This document shows, one piece after another, positions 28,765-37,918 of a stretch of 64,000 bases of DNA (positions are counted from its first letter, which is position 1; every line of letters begins with the position of its first letter). Below the pieces are notes generated by a model. The model had not been told where the DNA came from. It searched no databases and saw nothing but the letters and a program-made list of their open reading frames with translations. Origin of the DNA: Bacteroidales bacterium (GTDB lineage: Bacteria > Bacteroidota > Bacteroidia > Bacteroidales > JAAYJT01); NCBI GenBank assembly GCA_012522795.1, contig JAAYJT010000057.1:44807-108806 (forward strand), written 5' to 3'. The position numbers and the translations under genes are program-made.

Positions 28765-30858
28765 ATGACAGAGAATAAGAAAATACATAAACGCTATACA
28801 GTTACTGCAGCACTTCCTTATGCCAATGGTCCGATCCATATCGGACATCTGGCAGGAGTTTATGTTCCTTCCGATATTTACGTACGCTATTTGCGCCTGA
28901 AGAACAAAGATGTTGTATATATCTGTGGTTCTGATGAACATGGTGTTCCCATCACAATCAAAGCAATGCAGGAAGGCAAAAGTCCTCAGGAAATTGTTGA
29001 CAAATACCATAAAATCAACAAAGATTCTTTCGCTGATTTGGGCATTTCATTCGATATATACAGCCGCACTTCAAATGCGGTTCATCATGAAACAGCTTCG
29101 CAGTTTTTTACTACCTTATATAATAAAGGAGAGTTTATTGAAAGAACCTCAATGCAACTTTATGACGAAAAGAGCAAACAATTTCTTGCCGATCGCTATG
29201 TTACAGGCACCTGTCCACATTGCAGCTTTGACAGAGCTTATGGCGATCAGTGTGAAAATTGCGGAACTTCACTAAGTCCAACCGAATTGATCAATCCCCA
29301 TTCAGTTCTTAGCGGTAATGCACCGGTTCTGAAAGAAACCAAACACTGGTATTTACCCCTTGACAAACATACTCCATGGCTTAGTTCATGGATACTTGAA
29401 GGTCACAAAGACGACTGGAAAGCCAATGTTTACGGTCAATGTAAATCATGGCTTGATCATGGATTGCAACCTCGTGCTGTTACCCGCGATCTTGACTGGG
29501 GTGTGAAGGTGCCACTTAAGGAAGCAGAAGGTAAAGTGCTTTATGTATGGTTTGATGCGCCAATTGGCTATATTTCGGCTACAAAAGAATGGGCTGAACA
29601 GAAAAATGCAGATTTAAAAAAATCCGGAAGTGATAAGTTAATTGACTGGGAACCCTACTGGAAAGACGTGGGAACCAAGTTGATCCACTTTATTGGTAAA
29701 GACAATATCGTGTTTCACTGTATTATTTTCCCCGTTATGCTGAAAACCGAAGGTTCATTCATAGTTCCGGAAAATGTTCCTGCCAATGAATTTTTAAATC
29801 TCGAAGGTGATAAAATCAGTACTTCGCGCAACTGGGCAGTATGGCTGCATGAATATCTGCAGGAGTTTCCCGGGCAGCAGGATGTGTTGCGTTATGTACT
29901 TACAGCCAATGCCCCTGAAACCAAGGATAATGATTTTACATGGAAGGATTTTCAAACCCGTAATAATAGTGAACTTGTTGCTATTCTGGGTAATTTTGTG
30001 AACCGATCATTAGTTCTGACGCATAAGTTCTTCAACGGAATAGTGCCTGAAAGCAGTGATCTATTGCCAAATGACGAAGAAGTACTGAAGGCGATAAGTG
30101 AATTTCCTGAAAGAATTTCAAACAGTATTGAGCATTTCAGATTCAGGGAAGCTTTAAACGATTTAATGAACCTTGCACGTATAGGGAATAAATACCTCAC
30201 CGAGACTGAACCCTGGAAACTTATTAAAACTGATGAGAAGCGCACAAGAACAATTCTAAACATATCCTTGCAGTTGTGTGCAAACCTGGCTGTACTTTCA
30301 GCACCATTTTTGCCTTTTAGCTCCGATAAACTTTACAGTATACTGAATATGAACAAGTTGCAATGGGTTGAAGCGGGCAAACCAGACGTTTTAAAAAACG
30401 GACATGCACTTAATCAACCGGAGCTATTGTTTGCACAGATTGAAGATGCAGCCATAGAAAAGCAAATTCAGAAGCTCAATAAAGTCAAAGCTAAGAACGA
30501 AAGCAATGCTTTCACGACCACATCGGCCAAGCCTATGATTGATTTTGAAGATTTTGCAAAACTGGATATCCGAACCGGTACCATTCTGGAAGCGCAAAGG
30601 GTTCCCAAAACAAAAAAGCTGCTTAAATTAACGATTGATACGGGCATTGATAAACGTACCGTAGTTTCAGGGATCGCCGAAGATTTCACAGCGGAGGAGA
30701 TCATAGGTAAACAAGTATGTTTACTTGTGAACCTTGCACCAAGGAATATCAAAGGAATTGAATCGCATGGAATGATACTTACAGCCGAAGACCACGATGG
30801 AAAGCTTTATTTTATTTGTCCATCTTCGCTTACCCGTAATGGAAGTGAAGTTAAGTAG
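28765..30858 (+). CDS. metG: Methionine--tRNA ligase with C-terminal tRNA-binding (EMAP/Trbp111-like) domain
   Basis: HIGH motif ([12 protein letters not shown]), KMSKS-like (KISTSR), a zinc knuckle CPHC...CENCG, and a C-terminal [18 protein letters not shown] domain. Confidence 0.95.
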   Translation: MTENKKIHKRYTVTAALPYANGPIHIGHLAGVYVPSDIYVRYLRLKNKDVVYICGSDEHGVPITIKAMQEGKSPQEIVDKYHKINKDSFADLGISFDIYSRTSNAVHHETASQFFTTLYNKGEFIERTSMQLYDEKSKQFLADRYVTGTCPHCSFDRAYGDQCENCGTSLSPTELINPHSVLSGNAPVLKETKHWYLPLDKHTPWLSSWILEGHKDDWKANVYGQCKSWLDHGLQPRAVTRDLDWGVKVPLKEAEGKVLYVWFDAPIGYISATKEWAEQKNADLKKSGSDKLIDWEPYWKDVGTKLIHFIGKDNIVFHCIIFPVMLKTEGSFIVPENVPANEFLNLEGDKISTSRNWAVWLHEYLQEFPGQQDVLRYVLTANAPETKDNDFTWKDFQTRNNSELVAILGNFVNRSLVLTHKFFNGIVPESSDLLPNDEEVLKAISEFPERISNSIEHFRFREALNDLMNLARIGNKYLTETEPWKLIKTDEKRTRTILNISLQLCANLAVLSAPFLPFSSDKLYSILNMNKLQWVEAGKPDVLKNGHALNQPELLFAQIEDAAIEKQIQKLNKVKAKNESNAFTTTSAKPMIDFEDFAKLDIRTGTILEAQRVPKTKKLLKLTIDTGIDKRTVVSGIAEDFTAEEIIGKQVCLLVNLAPRNIKGIESHGMILTAEDHDGKLYFICPSSLTRNGSEVK

Positions 30859-30994
30859 GTATAAGCAATACGAACAAGTTCATTTTCTCTCATAAATACA
30901 GAATGCCTGTTCTTAATGGGCGGCAGAAATCAGCAAAAAACACCCTGATATTTAACAAGCTAAAAATCAACATCTTATTCAAATAATCATTTTT

Positions 30995-31366
30995 ATGTCA
31001 ATTTCAGTTTTAATTCTTTTAATTATTATCGGACTTAGTGCCGGAGTGTTTAGTGGTATGGTAGGGTTGGGCGGTGCGATTGTTATGATCCCTGCCCTGG
31101 TTTATTTTGCGGGCATGGGTCAGCATCAGGCACAGGGAACGAGCCTTGCTGTTATGCTGCCTCCTGTTGGGATACTTGCAGCATATAATTATTATAAAGC
31201 GGGTCAGTTAAATTTGAAATTTGCAATGATAATTGCGGCAGCATTTATTATCGGTGCTTATTTTGGGTCGGGAATAGCCCTTAAAATCCCTGCTCCGGCA
31301 ATGCGCAAAGTATTTGGCTATATATTAGCTGGAGTTGCTGTATATATGATATTTACAAAAGGTTAA
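30995..31366 (+). CDS. TauE/SafE (TSUP) family membrane protein, half-size (4 TM)
   Basis: 123 aa. GLSAGVFSGMVGLGGAIVMIPAL and GTSLAVMLP are typical TSUP repeat-unit motifs. Only one repeat unit is present. Confidence 0.7.
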   Translation: MSISVLILLIIIGLSAGVFSGMVGLGGAIVMIPALVYFAGMGQHQAQGTSLAVMLPPVGILAAYNYYKAGQLNLKFAMIIAAAFIIGAYFGSGIALKIPAPAMRKVFGYILAGVAVYMIFTKG

Positions 31367-31609
31367 AATACACTTTTGTGTTAAATAACAGTTTTACAGA
31401 AAGATAAATTTTAGTATCTGATTTTTATATCCATTATTTTTAGTTGAAAAAAATTAATAACAGCCTTTGCAAATTATTATCAATATATTACGGTTGAATT
31501 ACTCTGAATTGTTAATAACCTTTTTCTACCGGTTAAGATTATCATTGTATATTGGTAAACGCAAAACCACGCTTCAAAACTAAATCTAATTAACTAATAT
31601 TGAATGATT

Positions 31610-31625
31610 TACACAAATTTGTGTA
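31610..31625. promoter_or_regulatory. Perfect 16-bp palindrome upstream of nrdJ (candidate operator)
   Basis: TACACAAATTTGTGTA lies 57 bp upstream of the ATG at 31682. The ACAC...GTGT ends resemble NrdR-box ends, but the centre is 2 bp shorter than the 16-bp NrdR consensus core. Confidence 0.3.
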
Positions 31626-31681
31626 AGGGACTTATCGGCTAAAAAAAGCCAAGACGTTAAAAATCAGCATATTCAGAAAAC

Positions 31682-34348
31682 ATGGAAAATTTTGTGAAAG
31701 AAGGTCAAAAATCGAATTTGTTGAATCAGATCAAAGAAATGCGTATTCGCCCTAATATTTTTGAGGAGACTTCTGAAGAGCAATCAGATACTTCTTATTA
31801 TTCTGATCAGGATCAGAAGGAATTAAAAATATATTCCACTGAAGAAGCTATTAAAGCCTCAACTGAATATTTCAAGGGTGATACACTTGCAGCCAGTGTA
31901 TTTGTTAATAAATATGCACTTAAAGACAGTCAGGGTAATATTTATGAATTAACGCCTGACGAGATGCATAGGAGGATTGCAAGGGAAATTGCCAGAATTG
32001 AAAGAAAATATCCCGATCCTATTCCTGAAGAAGAAATTTATGAGGTGCTTAAAGATTTCAGATTTATTGTTCCTCAAGGCAGTCCAATGGCCGGTATTGG
32101 AAATAATTTTCAGGTATCATCGCTGTCTAATTGCTTTGTGATAGGCGATGATGTAAAAGGCGATTCCTATGGTGCAATTATGAAAGTTGACCAGGAGCAG
32201 GTGCAGCTTATGAAACGCCGCGGAGGTGTTGGTCATGATCTGTCGCATATAAGACCTAATGGCAGCCCTGTAAAGAATAGCGCTTTAACCTCTACCGGGA
32301 TAGTTCCGTTTATGGAAAGATACTCTAATTCAACCCGTGAAGTAGCTCAGGACGGGCGGCGTGGCGCACTTATGCTAAGCATCTCAATAAAACATCCTGA
32401 CTCAGCCGATTTTATTGACGCTAAACTGGAGCAGGGAAAGATAACAGGGGCAAATGTTTCAGTACGTATTGACGACGAATTTATGCATGCGGTAACGAAT
32501 AAGACCAGGTATCGTCAGCAGTTTCCTATTAATTCTGATAATCCAATAGTAGTTAAAGAAATTGATGCAGTTGCGCTATGGGAAAAAATTACTCAGAACG
32601 CCTGGCGTAGTGCCGAACCCGGAGTACTTTTCTGGGATACCATAATACGTGAATCAATTCCTGATTGTTATGCTGATCTTGGGTTTAAAACATTATCAAC
32701 AAATCCATGCGGCGAGATTCCATTATGCCCTTACGACAGTTGCCGGCTTCTGGCAATAAATCTTTTCAGTTATGTTGAAAATCCATTCACTGAAAATGCA
32801 ACCTTCAACACTGAATTATTTGCAAAGCATGCCCGCCTTGCACTTCGCATAATGGACGATATCATTGATCTTGAAACAGAAAAAATTGATGGGATTTTAA
32901 AAAAGATAGATTCTGATCCTGAAAGTGACGAAACCAAATTCATTGAAAGAAATCTATGGGAAAAGATCAGACATAAGACCCTGCAGGGAAGGCGTACAGG
33001 TATTGGCATTACCGCCGAAGGCGATATGCTGGCGGCATTGGGTAAACGTTACTGCTCTGACGATGCTATTGATTTCTCAGTACAAATACATAAGCTGCTT
33101 GCTGTTGAAGCATACCGCTCGTCAGTTTCACTTGCCAGGCAGCGCGGAGCTTTCCCAATTTTCAACTACGAACGCGAAAAAAATAACCCTTTCATAAACC
33201 GCATTGCAAGCGAAGCTCCTGAAGTGATTGAAGAAATGAAACAATACGGAAGGCGGAATATCGCCATGCTTACCATTGCTCCCACAGGAAGCGTGAGTAT
33301 ATGTACACAAACTACTTCGGGTATTGAACCAGTGTTTTTGATTACATATAAACGAAGGAGAAAGGTAAATCCCAACGATAAAAGTGTAAAGGTAACTTTC
33401 GTTGATGATAATGGCGATTCGTGGGAAGAGTACAATCTATTTCATACGAAATTTATTGACTGGCTTAAAATAAAAGGATATGATGTGGATGAGGTAAAAG
33501 ATCTTGACGATACTCAGCTTCAAGAAATCATCAGATCATCACCTTATTATAAAGCTACATCAAACGATATTGACTGGGTTAGCAAGGTAAGGATGCAGGG
33601 CGCTATTCAAAAATGGGTTGACCATTCGATTAGTGTTACTGTAAATCTGCCTAGGAATGTTACAGAAGACCTTGTAAGAGAAGTGTACAAAACAGCATGG
33701 GAAAGCGGATGTAAAGGAATGACCATTTACCGTGAAGGTACACGTGCAGGTGTTCTTGTGAGCAACGATAAAAACAAGGAAGATATTGAAGGTTTTCATG
33801 AAACCAAGGCACCACCCCGACCGCGAATTCTGGAAGCTGAAGTTATACGGTTTATGAATAGGGATGAACAGTGGATGGCGGTAGTAGGACTGCTTAACAA
33901 ACGTCCATATGAGATTTTTACCGGTAAGGCAGAAGAGTTTTATCTTCCTCCGTGGGTTACCACCGGTTGGGTAATAAAAAACAGAAACGAAAAAGGGATA
34001 AGTCGTTACGATTTCCAGTTTAAGGATCGCTATGGATATAAAGTTACTATCGAAGGGCTATCGCGCTCATTCGACAAAGAATTCTGGAATTATGCCAAGC
34101 TTATAAGCGGAATTCTGCGACATGGAATGCCTTTGCCTTATGTTGTGAACCTTGTTGATAAGCTCACACTTACCGAAGACAATATCAACACCTGGAAATA
34201 CGGAGTAGTGCGGGCATTGAGGAAATTCATACCTGATGGGACCATTGCCGGCAGCCATACCTGCCCTGATTGCGGAAAATCAGGCAGTCTTGTTTATGTT
34301 GAGGGTTGTTTGACCTGCAATAATTGTGGTTTCTCAAAGTGCGGGTAA
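31682..34348 (+). CDS. nrdJ: Adenosylcobalamin-dependent (class II) ribonucleoside-diphosphate/triphosphate reductase
   Basis: EYFKGDTLAASVFVNKYALKD, active-site TNPCGEIPLCPYDSCRL, and a C-terminal Cys-rich tail CPDCG...CLTCNNCGFSKCG. 888 aa. The first ~45 aa are an acidic/Ser-rich extension, so the true start is uncertain. Confidence 0.9.
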   Translation: MENFVKEGQKSNLLNQIKEMRIRPNIFEETSEEQSDTSYYSDQDQKELKIYSTEEAIKASTEYFKGDTLAASVFVNKYALKDSQGNIYELTPDEMHRRIAREIARIERKYPDPIPEEEIYEVLKDFRFIVPQGSPMAGIGNNFQVSSLSNCFVIGDDVKGDSYGAIMKVDQEQVQLMKRRGGVGHDLSHIRPNGSPVKNSALTSTGIVPFMERYSNSTREVAQDGRRGALMLSISIKHPDSADFIDAKLEQGKITGANVSVRIDDEFMHAVTNKTRYRQQFPINSDNPIVVKEIDAVALWEKITQNAWRSAEPGVLFWDTIIRESIPDCYADLGFKTLSTNPCGEIPLCPYDSCRLLAINLFSYVENPFTENATFNTELFAKHARLALRIMDDIIDLETEKIDGILKKIDSDPESDETKFIERNLWEKIRHKTLQGRRTGIGITAEGDMLAALGKRYCSDDAIDFSVQIHKLLAVEAYRSSVSLARQRGAFPIFNYEREKNNPFINRIASEAPEVIEEMKQYGRRNIAMLTIAPTGSVSICTQTTSGIEPVFLITYKRRRKVNPNDKSVKVTFVDDNGDSWEEYNLFHTKFIDWLKIKGYDVDEVKDLDDTQLQEIIRSSPYYKATSNDIDWVSKVRMQGAIQKWVDHSISVTVNLPRNVTEDLVREVYKTAWESGCKGMTIYREGTRAGVLVSNDKNKEDIEGFHETKAPPRPRILEAEVIRFMNRDEQWMAVVGLLNKRPYEIFTGKAEEFYLPPWVTTGWVIKNRNEKGISRYDFQFKDRYGYKVTIEGLSRSFDKEFWNYAKLISGILRHGMPLPYVVNLVDKLTLTEDNINTWKYGVVRALRKFIPDGTIAGSHTCPDCGKSGSLVYVEGCLTCNNCGFSKCG

Positions 34349-34424
34349 GTAATCAAGCCTTAAAAAGCCAATCTACTTTGTTTTTGTAGAAAAATAAGAT
34401 CAAGAATAGACAGAAACATGATCT

Positions 34425-34575
34425 TCATTTATTCAACATCCTTTTAAAGTTAAATGCAGCAGCGACTGACATAATATTGATGTTATCGCCTACCACTTCT
34501 TTGTAAAAATTGCGGTTTAACCTATGATCTGATTTAAGGTGTCCAATTACCGGCTATATTGCTGCTCTTTTATTA
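34425..34575 (-). pseudogene. C-terminal remnant (~50 codons) of an IS5/IS1182-type DDE transposase
   Basis: The minus strand reads KRAAI*PVIGHLKSDHRLNRNFYKEVVGDNINIMSVAAAFNFKRMLNK-stop. This matches the conserved ...IEPVIGHLK...RN.LKG..GD.IN...AA.FN..K.L C-terminus. An in-frame TAG (34554-34556) sits where Glu is expected, and no upstream catalytic part is present. Confidence 0.55.
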
Positions 34576-34726
34576 TGGGTATTGCTAATTTTTTCGTTTT
34601 AGACTGGTCTGAAGATTGACGCACACTATTATAAAACTAATTTGATCACGAGCTTTTGGGCTTAGGTATCATAAAAAATATACAGGATTTAGACTGTAAA
34701 GGTATTAAAGCCTTTATTACTCTCTA

Positions 34727-34770
34727 TCTAAATATTCTGCTATTATTATATTGATATTCAAATATATATG
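34727..34770. repeat. Direct repeat, left copy (pairs with 39116..39163)
   Basis: TCTAAATATTCTGCTATTATTATATTGATATTCAAATATATATG compared with TCTAAATATTTTGCTATTTATTTTATTGATATTCAAGTAAATATAATG. The blocks TCTAAATATT.TGCTATT and ATTGATATTCAA are shared in the same order and orientation. Confidence 0.5.
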
Positions 34771-34963
34771 ACATTTTTAAATTTTGACCAAATATTAAGG
34801 ACAAAATACATTTAGGCTATATAAAAAAATAATAAAGCATTCTGAAGCCTGAATGACTTTATTTCAGAGATTTAGATATTAATGAATTTTGTTTTTAGAT
34901 TTACTTTCATTTTATTTTACAGGATGATTTACAATAGAATAACTTGTTTCCAGGTTCGTAAAA

Positions 34964-35860
34964 TCATCTTTTTTGGTATGCTTTTGGCGAGCAGCCAACA
35001 TGTTTTTTAAAAAATACTCCAAAATGTGACTGATCATAAAAATTCAGTTCATTACTTATTTGCTTGATTGACATTTTTCCTGATTTTAATAATGCACGGG
35101 CTTCAATTATCAGATATTCCTGTATCCACTGACCTGCTGTCATACCACTTGCAGAGCGAATAACCTCAGACAGATATTTGCTTGTCAGGTGCAGTTTTTC
35201 AGCGTAGAACGTGATTTGGTGCTCTTCCTTGAAATGACGCTCAACAAGGCGCATAAACTGTTCGAAAAAGTATTCTTTCGTATGTAGTTTGTATTTTGAC
35301 TTCTGTGTGTATTGTTGTTGCAGCTGGGCGTACACATTATAGAACATCACACTTATATAGTGCTGAATAATTTGTCGTGAAAAAAGATGTTTTTCAGTTA
35401 GTTTCTGCTTTATCAGATGGTAAAGTGTAATTGCCTCATTCAACCTGTTTTCAGAAAGCTTTAATCCACTTTCCTTAAAAAAATGCTGCTTTAATTCAAT
35501 GGATTCAAAAAAGTTATTATTATCCCAGAAGTTTTTCTTCATAATATAAACGATGGAGTCTGCATCGGGCGAAATTTCCCTGATCTCAAATACCTGTTTC
35601 GGCATAATGACCAATAAGCTGCCTTTCTCAAGCGTATAGTTGCGCCAGTCGACTTTTGCTTTGAAATAGCCCTCAAGGTAAATGATTATGATTAAATCAT
35701 TTGTCAGATAAGGGTAGTTTAAAATCTCTTCTTCGGGTATATTTTCTGATAAGAGGATGTTTCTTATATCAGCCGATGCTATAAAACTTTCTTCAATACT
35801 CTCATTTTCAAAAATTTCAAACAGTTCTGAATGATCAATTTGTGTGACTTTATCTTTCAT
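34964..35860 (-). CDS. AraC-family transcriptional regulator
   Basis: The C-terminal HTH_18 pattern (FYAEKLHLTSKYLSEVIRSASGMTAGQWIQEYLIIEARALLKSG...ISNELNFYDQSHFGVFFKKHVGCSP). 298 aa. It is divergent from the efflux remnant. Confidence 0.85.
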   Translation of the reverse strand: MKDKVTQIDHSELFEIFENESIEESFIASADIRNILLSENIPEEEILNYPYLTNDLIIIIYLEGYFKAKVDWRNYTLEKGSLLVIMPKQVFEIREISPDADSIVYIMKKNFWDNNNFFESIELKQHFFKESGLKLSENRLNEAITLYHLIKQKLTEKHLFSRQIIQHYISVMFYNVYAQLQQQYTQKSKYKLHTKEYFFEQFMRLVERHFKEEHQITFYAEKLHLTSKYLSEVIRSASGMTAGQWIQEYLIIEARALLKSGKMSIKQISNELNFYDQSHFGVFFKKHVGCSPKAYQKR

Positions 35861-35921
35861 TTTTATTAAAGTTTTATTTCAAAAATACGCATACTTTTTA
35901 AATATACCAGTAATTTATAAC

Positions 35922-35976
35922 AATATTGTGGTATTTTATACATATTTAGCATATTTTTTAGCTGTAATATTGTGGT
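35922..35976. promoter_or_regulatory. Two direct copies of AATATTGTGGT in the araC/efflux divergent promoter region (candidate AraC-type operator)
   Basis: Identical 11-mers at 35922-35932 and 35966-35976, 44 bp start to start, inside the 200-bp divergent intergenic region. Confidence 0.3.
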
Positions 35977-36059
35977 TTGAAATTGAAGTGAGTGCTTATC
36001 ATGTATTACTCAGCGATTTCCAACGAAAGGAATAGAGTACAAATAAAAGAACATATAAA

Positions 36060-36494
36060 ATGAAGAATTATTTAAAATCAGTTTTTATAATGATGCTGTT
36101 GTGTAGTATTATCGCATGTCCTAAAGAGAAAGGAACGAAAAATGAAGAAAAAATCATACCGATAAAGATAACTGAGCTTATAATTTCGCAAACAGCAAGC
36201 GAAAAAATCTACATTGGTACAGTTGAAGAATCAGTTGCTGTATCACTTTCATTTTCTGGTATGGGTACTGTGGAGCAAGTGTATATATCCGAAGGGCAAA
36301 AGGTACAGAAAGGGCAGTTACTTGCCGTTCTTAATTCAGCAACTGCCGATAATTCATATCAATTGATGCTTGCTAAGCAACAACAGGCACAGGATGCTTA
36401 CGATCGGCTTTTAAAAATTCATGAAAATGGTTCTTTACCTGATTTAAAGATGGTAGAGGTAGAAACAGGATTACAACAGGCAAAAAAAGCTTGA
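36060..36494 (+). pseudogene. Efflux RND periplasmic adaptor (MFP), N-terminal 144-aa fragment only
   Basis: Lipobox LLCSIIAC, then a biotin-lipoyl-like IGTVEESVAVSLSFSGMGTVEQVYISEGQKVQKGQLLAVL and the start of the coiled-coil hairpin. It stops right after an A7 tract (36482-36488). Full-length adaptors run ~350-400 aa. Confidence 0.75.
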
Positions 36495-36791
36495 AATAAA
36501 GCAAGCTGAAAACACAAAAATGGAAAATACTGAATTACTATTACAGCAAATGCAAAATGTACAAAACGGATTGAACGAAGTATATTACTAGGTTTTACTT
36601 GCAATAAAACCATTATATCTGCTGAACAAAACCTGAAAATAAGTCAGGATAACTATAATGCCGGCGTAATAACACTATCAGAGTTATTCGAAGCACAAAA
36701 TTTACTACAACAATCCTACGACCAATACATTGAAACAGCCACGCAATGCTTTCAGAAACAAGCAAAATGGAAACAAGTAAGCGGAAAATAA
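36493..36791 (+). pseudogene. TolC-family outer-membrane efflux protein, C-terminal remnant with a nonsense codon and a frameshift
   Basis: Two frames together read EIKQAENTKMENTELLLQQMQNVQNGLNEVYY*VLLAIK / TIISAEQNLKISQDNYNAGVITLSELFEAQNLLQQSYDQYIETATQCFQKQAKWKQVSGK-stop. The Y..G..T..E...AQ pattern is the conserved TolC C-terminal repeat. There is a TAG at 36589-36591 and a frame change near 36604-36612. Confidence 0.6.
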
Positions 36792-37042
36792 ATAATTCAC
36801 TTTTAAAACATTTAAATAAAACTATTTAAGCCAAAAATGAACAAAAAGATAATATACAATAACCGGCTTCCAATAACACATCTGTAATACAATTACCTTG
36901 GTTACCAAGATTTACTCAGATTAATTAAATGTTTTCTGAATAAAAATGGATGGAGACCTATCACCATTATAAAAACGGGATGAAATAGGAAAGTAGAATA
37001 AGCATGAAGATTTATTATAATCCAATTAAAAATATATTAGCT

Positions 37043-37738
37043 ATGGTTAAGAAAAATTTAGCAAAAAAAACAATAATAAGGTTTGTATTAATTTCAACTT
37101 TATTGTTTTCAAATTTATGTCTTTGTGCCCAAAGAGAAGAAATGCAAACATTGTTTGGCAGAAGGGAAGATGTACGTATTGGAGGTTACGGAACTTTTGA
37201 GATTAAAGCTTCGCAACTGGATGGAGGTATTAATGGATTACTTTTAGGATGGAGGGGCGGAGTAATTTTAAATCATAAATACGTGCTCGGACTGGCAGGT
37301 TACGGATTACTGCCTACAAGAAAAATAACACCACCTTCAGATATAGCAGAAATTGGCAGAGATTATCATTTAACAGGTGGATACGGCGGTATTCTTCTTG
37401 AATACATTAATTCACCCCGCAAACTGTTACACTTTGCTGCAAATACTCTGATTGGTATCGCCGGTATAACTTATACAGATTTAATTAACAAAGATTACGA
37501 CACACATAAATCATATCCAAAATCTATAAGTTTTGTTGTTGAACCGTGTGTTGAAATGGAATTAAACGTTAGCACTGTTTTCAGAATGTCTCTTGGAGTA
37601 AGCTACCGTTATTCCCCTAATTTTAAACTAAGGTATAATAAGCAAGATAATAAAAATGCTCTTAATGGTCTCTCAATTAATCTAGGATTTAAATTTGGTG
37701 AATTTTTAGGTTATAAAATTAAACCGAAAGAAAAATGA
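37043..37738 (+). CDS. Hypothetical secreted Gly-rich protein, probable outer-membrane beta-barrel
   Basis: Signal peptide (MVKKNLAKKTIIRFVLISTLLFSNLCLCAQ), alternating Gly/aromatic strands, and a C-terminal ...LSINLGFKFG. The ORF-track start at 37004 is also possible. Confidence 0.4.
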   Translation: MVKKNLAKKTIIRFVLISTLLFSNLCLCAQREEMQTLFGRREDVRIGGYGTFEIKASQLDGGINGLLLGWRGGVILNHKYVLGLAGYGLLPTRKITPPSDIAEIGRDYHLTGGYGGILLEYINSPRKLLHFAANTLIGIAGITYTDLINKDYDTHKSYPKSISFVVEPCVEMELNVSTVFRMSLGVSYRYSPNFKLRYNKQDNKNALNGLSINLGFKFGEFLGYKIKPKEK

Positions 37739-37918
37739 TGCGGCTGCCAAAGTATTTATAATCAATTCACATCTTACATAATAAATTAATTGTGAGAGAA
37801 ATATATTTTTTTATAAAAAAAGTCTGTTTATCCCTCATGTCGGTATGGTCTTCAAATTAATAAAGCAACTTCTTAAAAGGTTATATGACTAAAACATCTA
37901 AAGTGGAAAGAATTTAAA

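Noticed and set aside
31367-31681. Possible cobalamin riboswitch in the long nrdJ leader
   Set aside because: I found no B12-box-like GC-rich core and no conserved multi-stem junction signature. The region is very AT-rich. An Infernal scan would settle it.
35844-36035. 63-aa ORF in the araC/efflux divergent region
   Set aside because: It overlaps the araC start, its translation is dominated by Phe/Ile/Tyr/Leu (an AT-rich artefact), and the region more plausibly holds the two promoters and operator repeats.
36419-36613. 64-aa minus-strand ORF across the adaptor/TolC junction
   Set aside because: It is antisense to recognisable efflux-gene remnants and has no motif. It is considered a chance ORF in decayed DNA.
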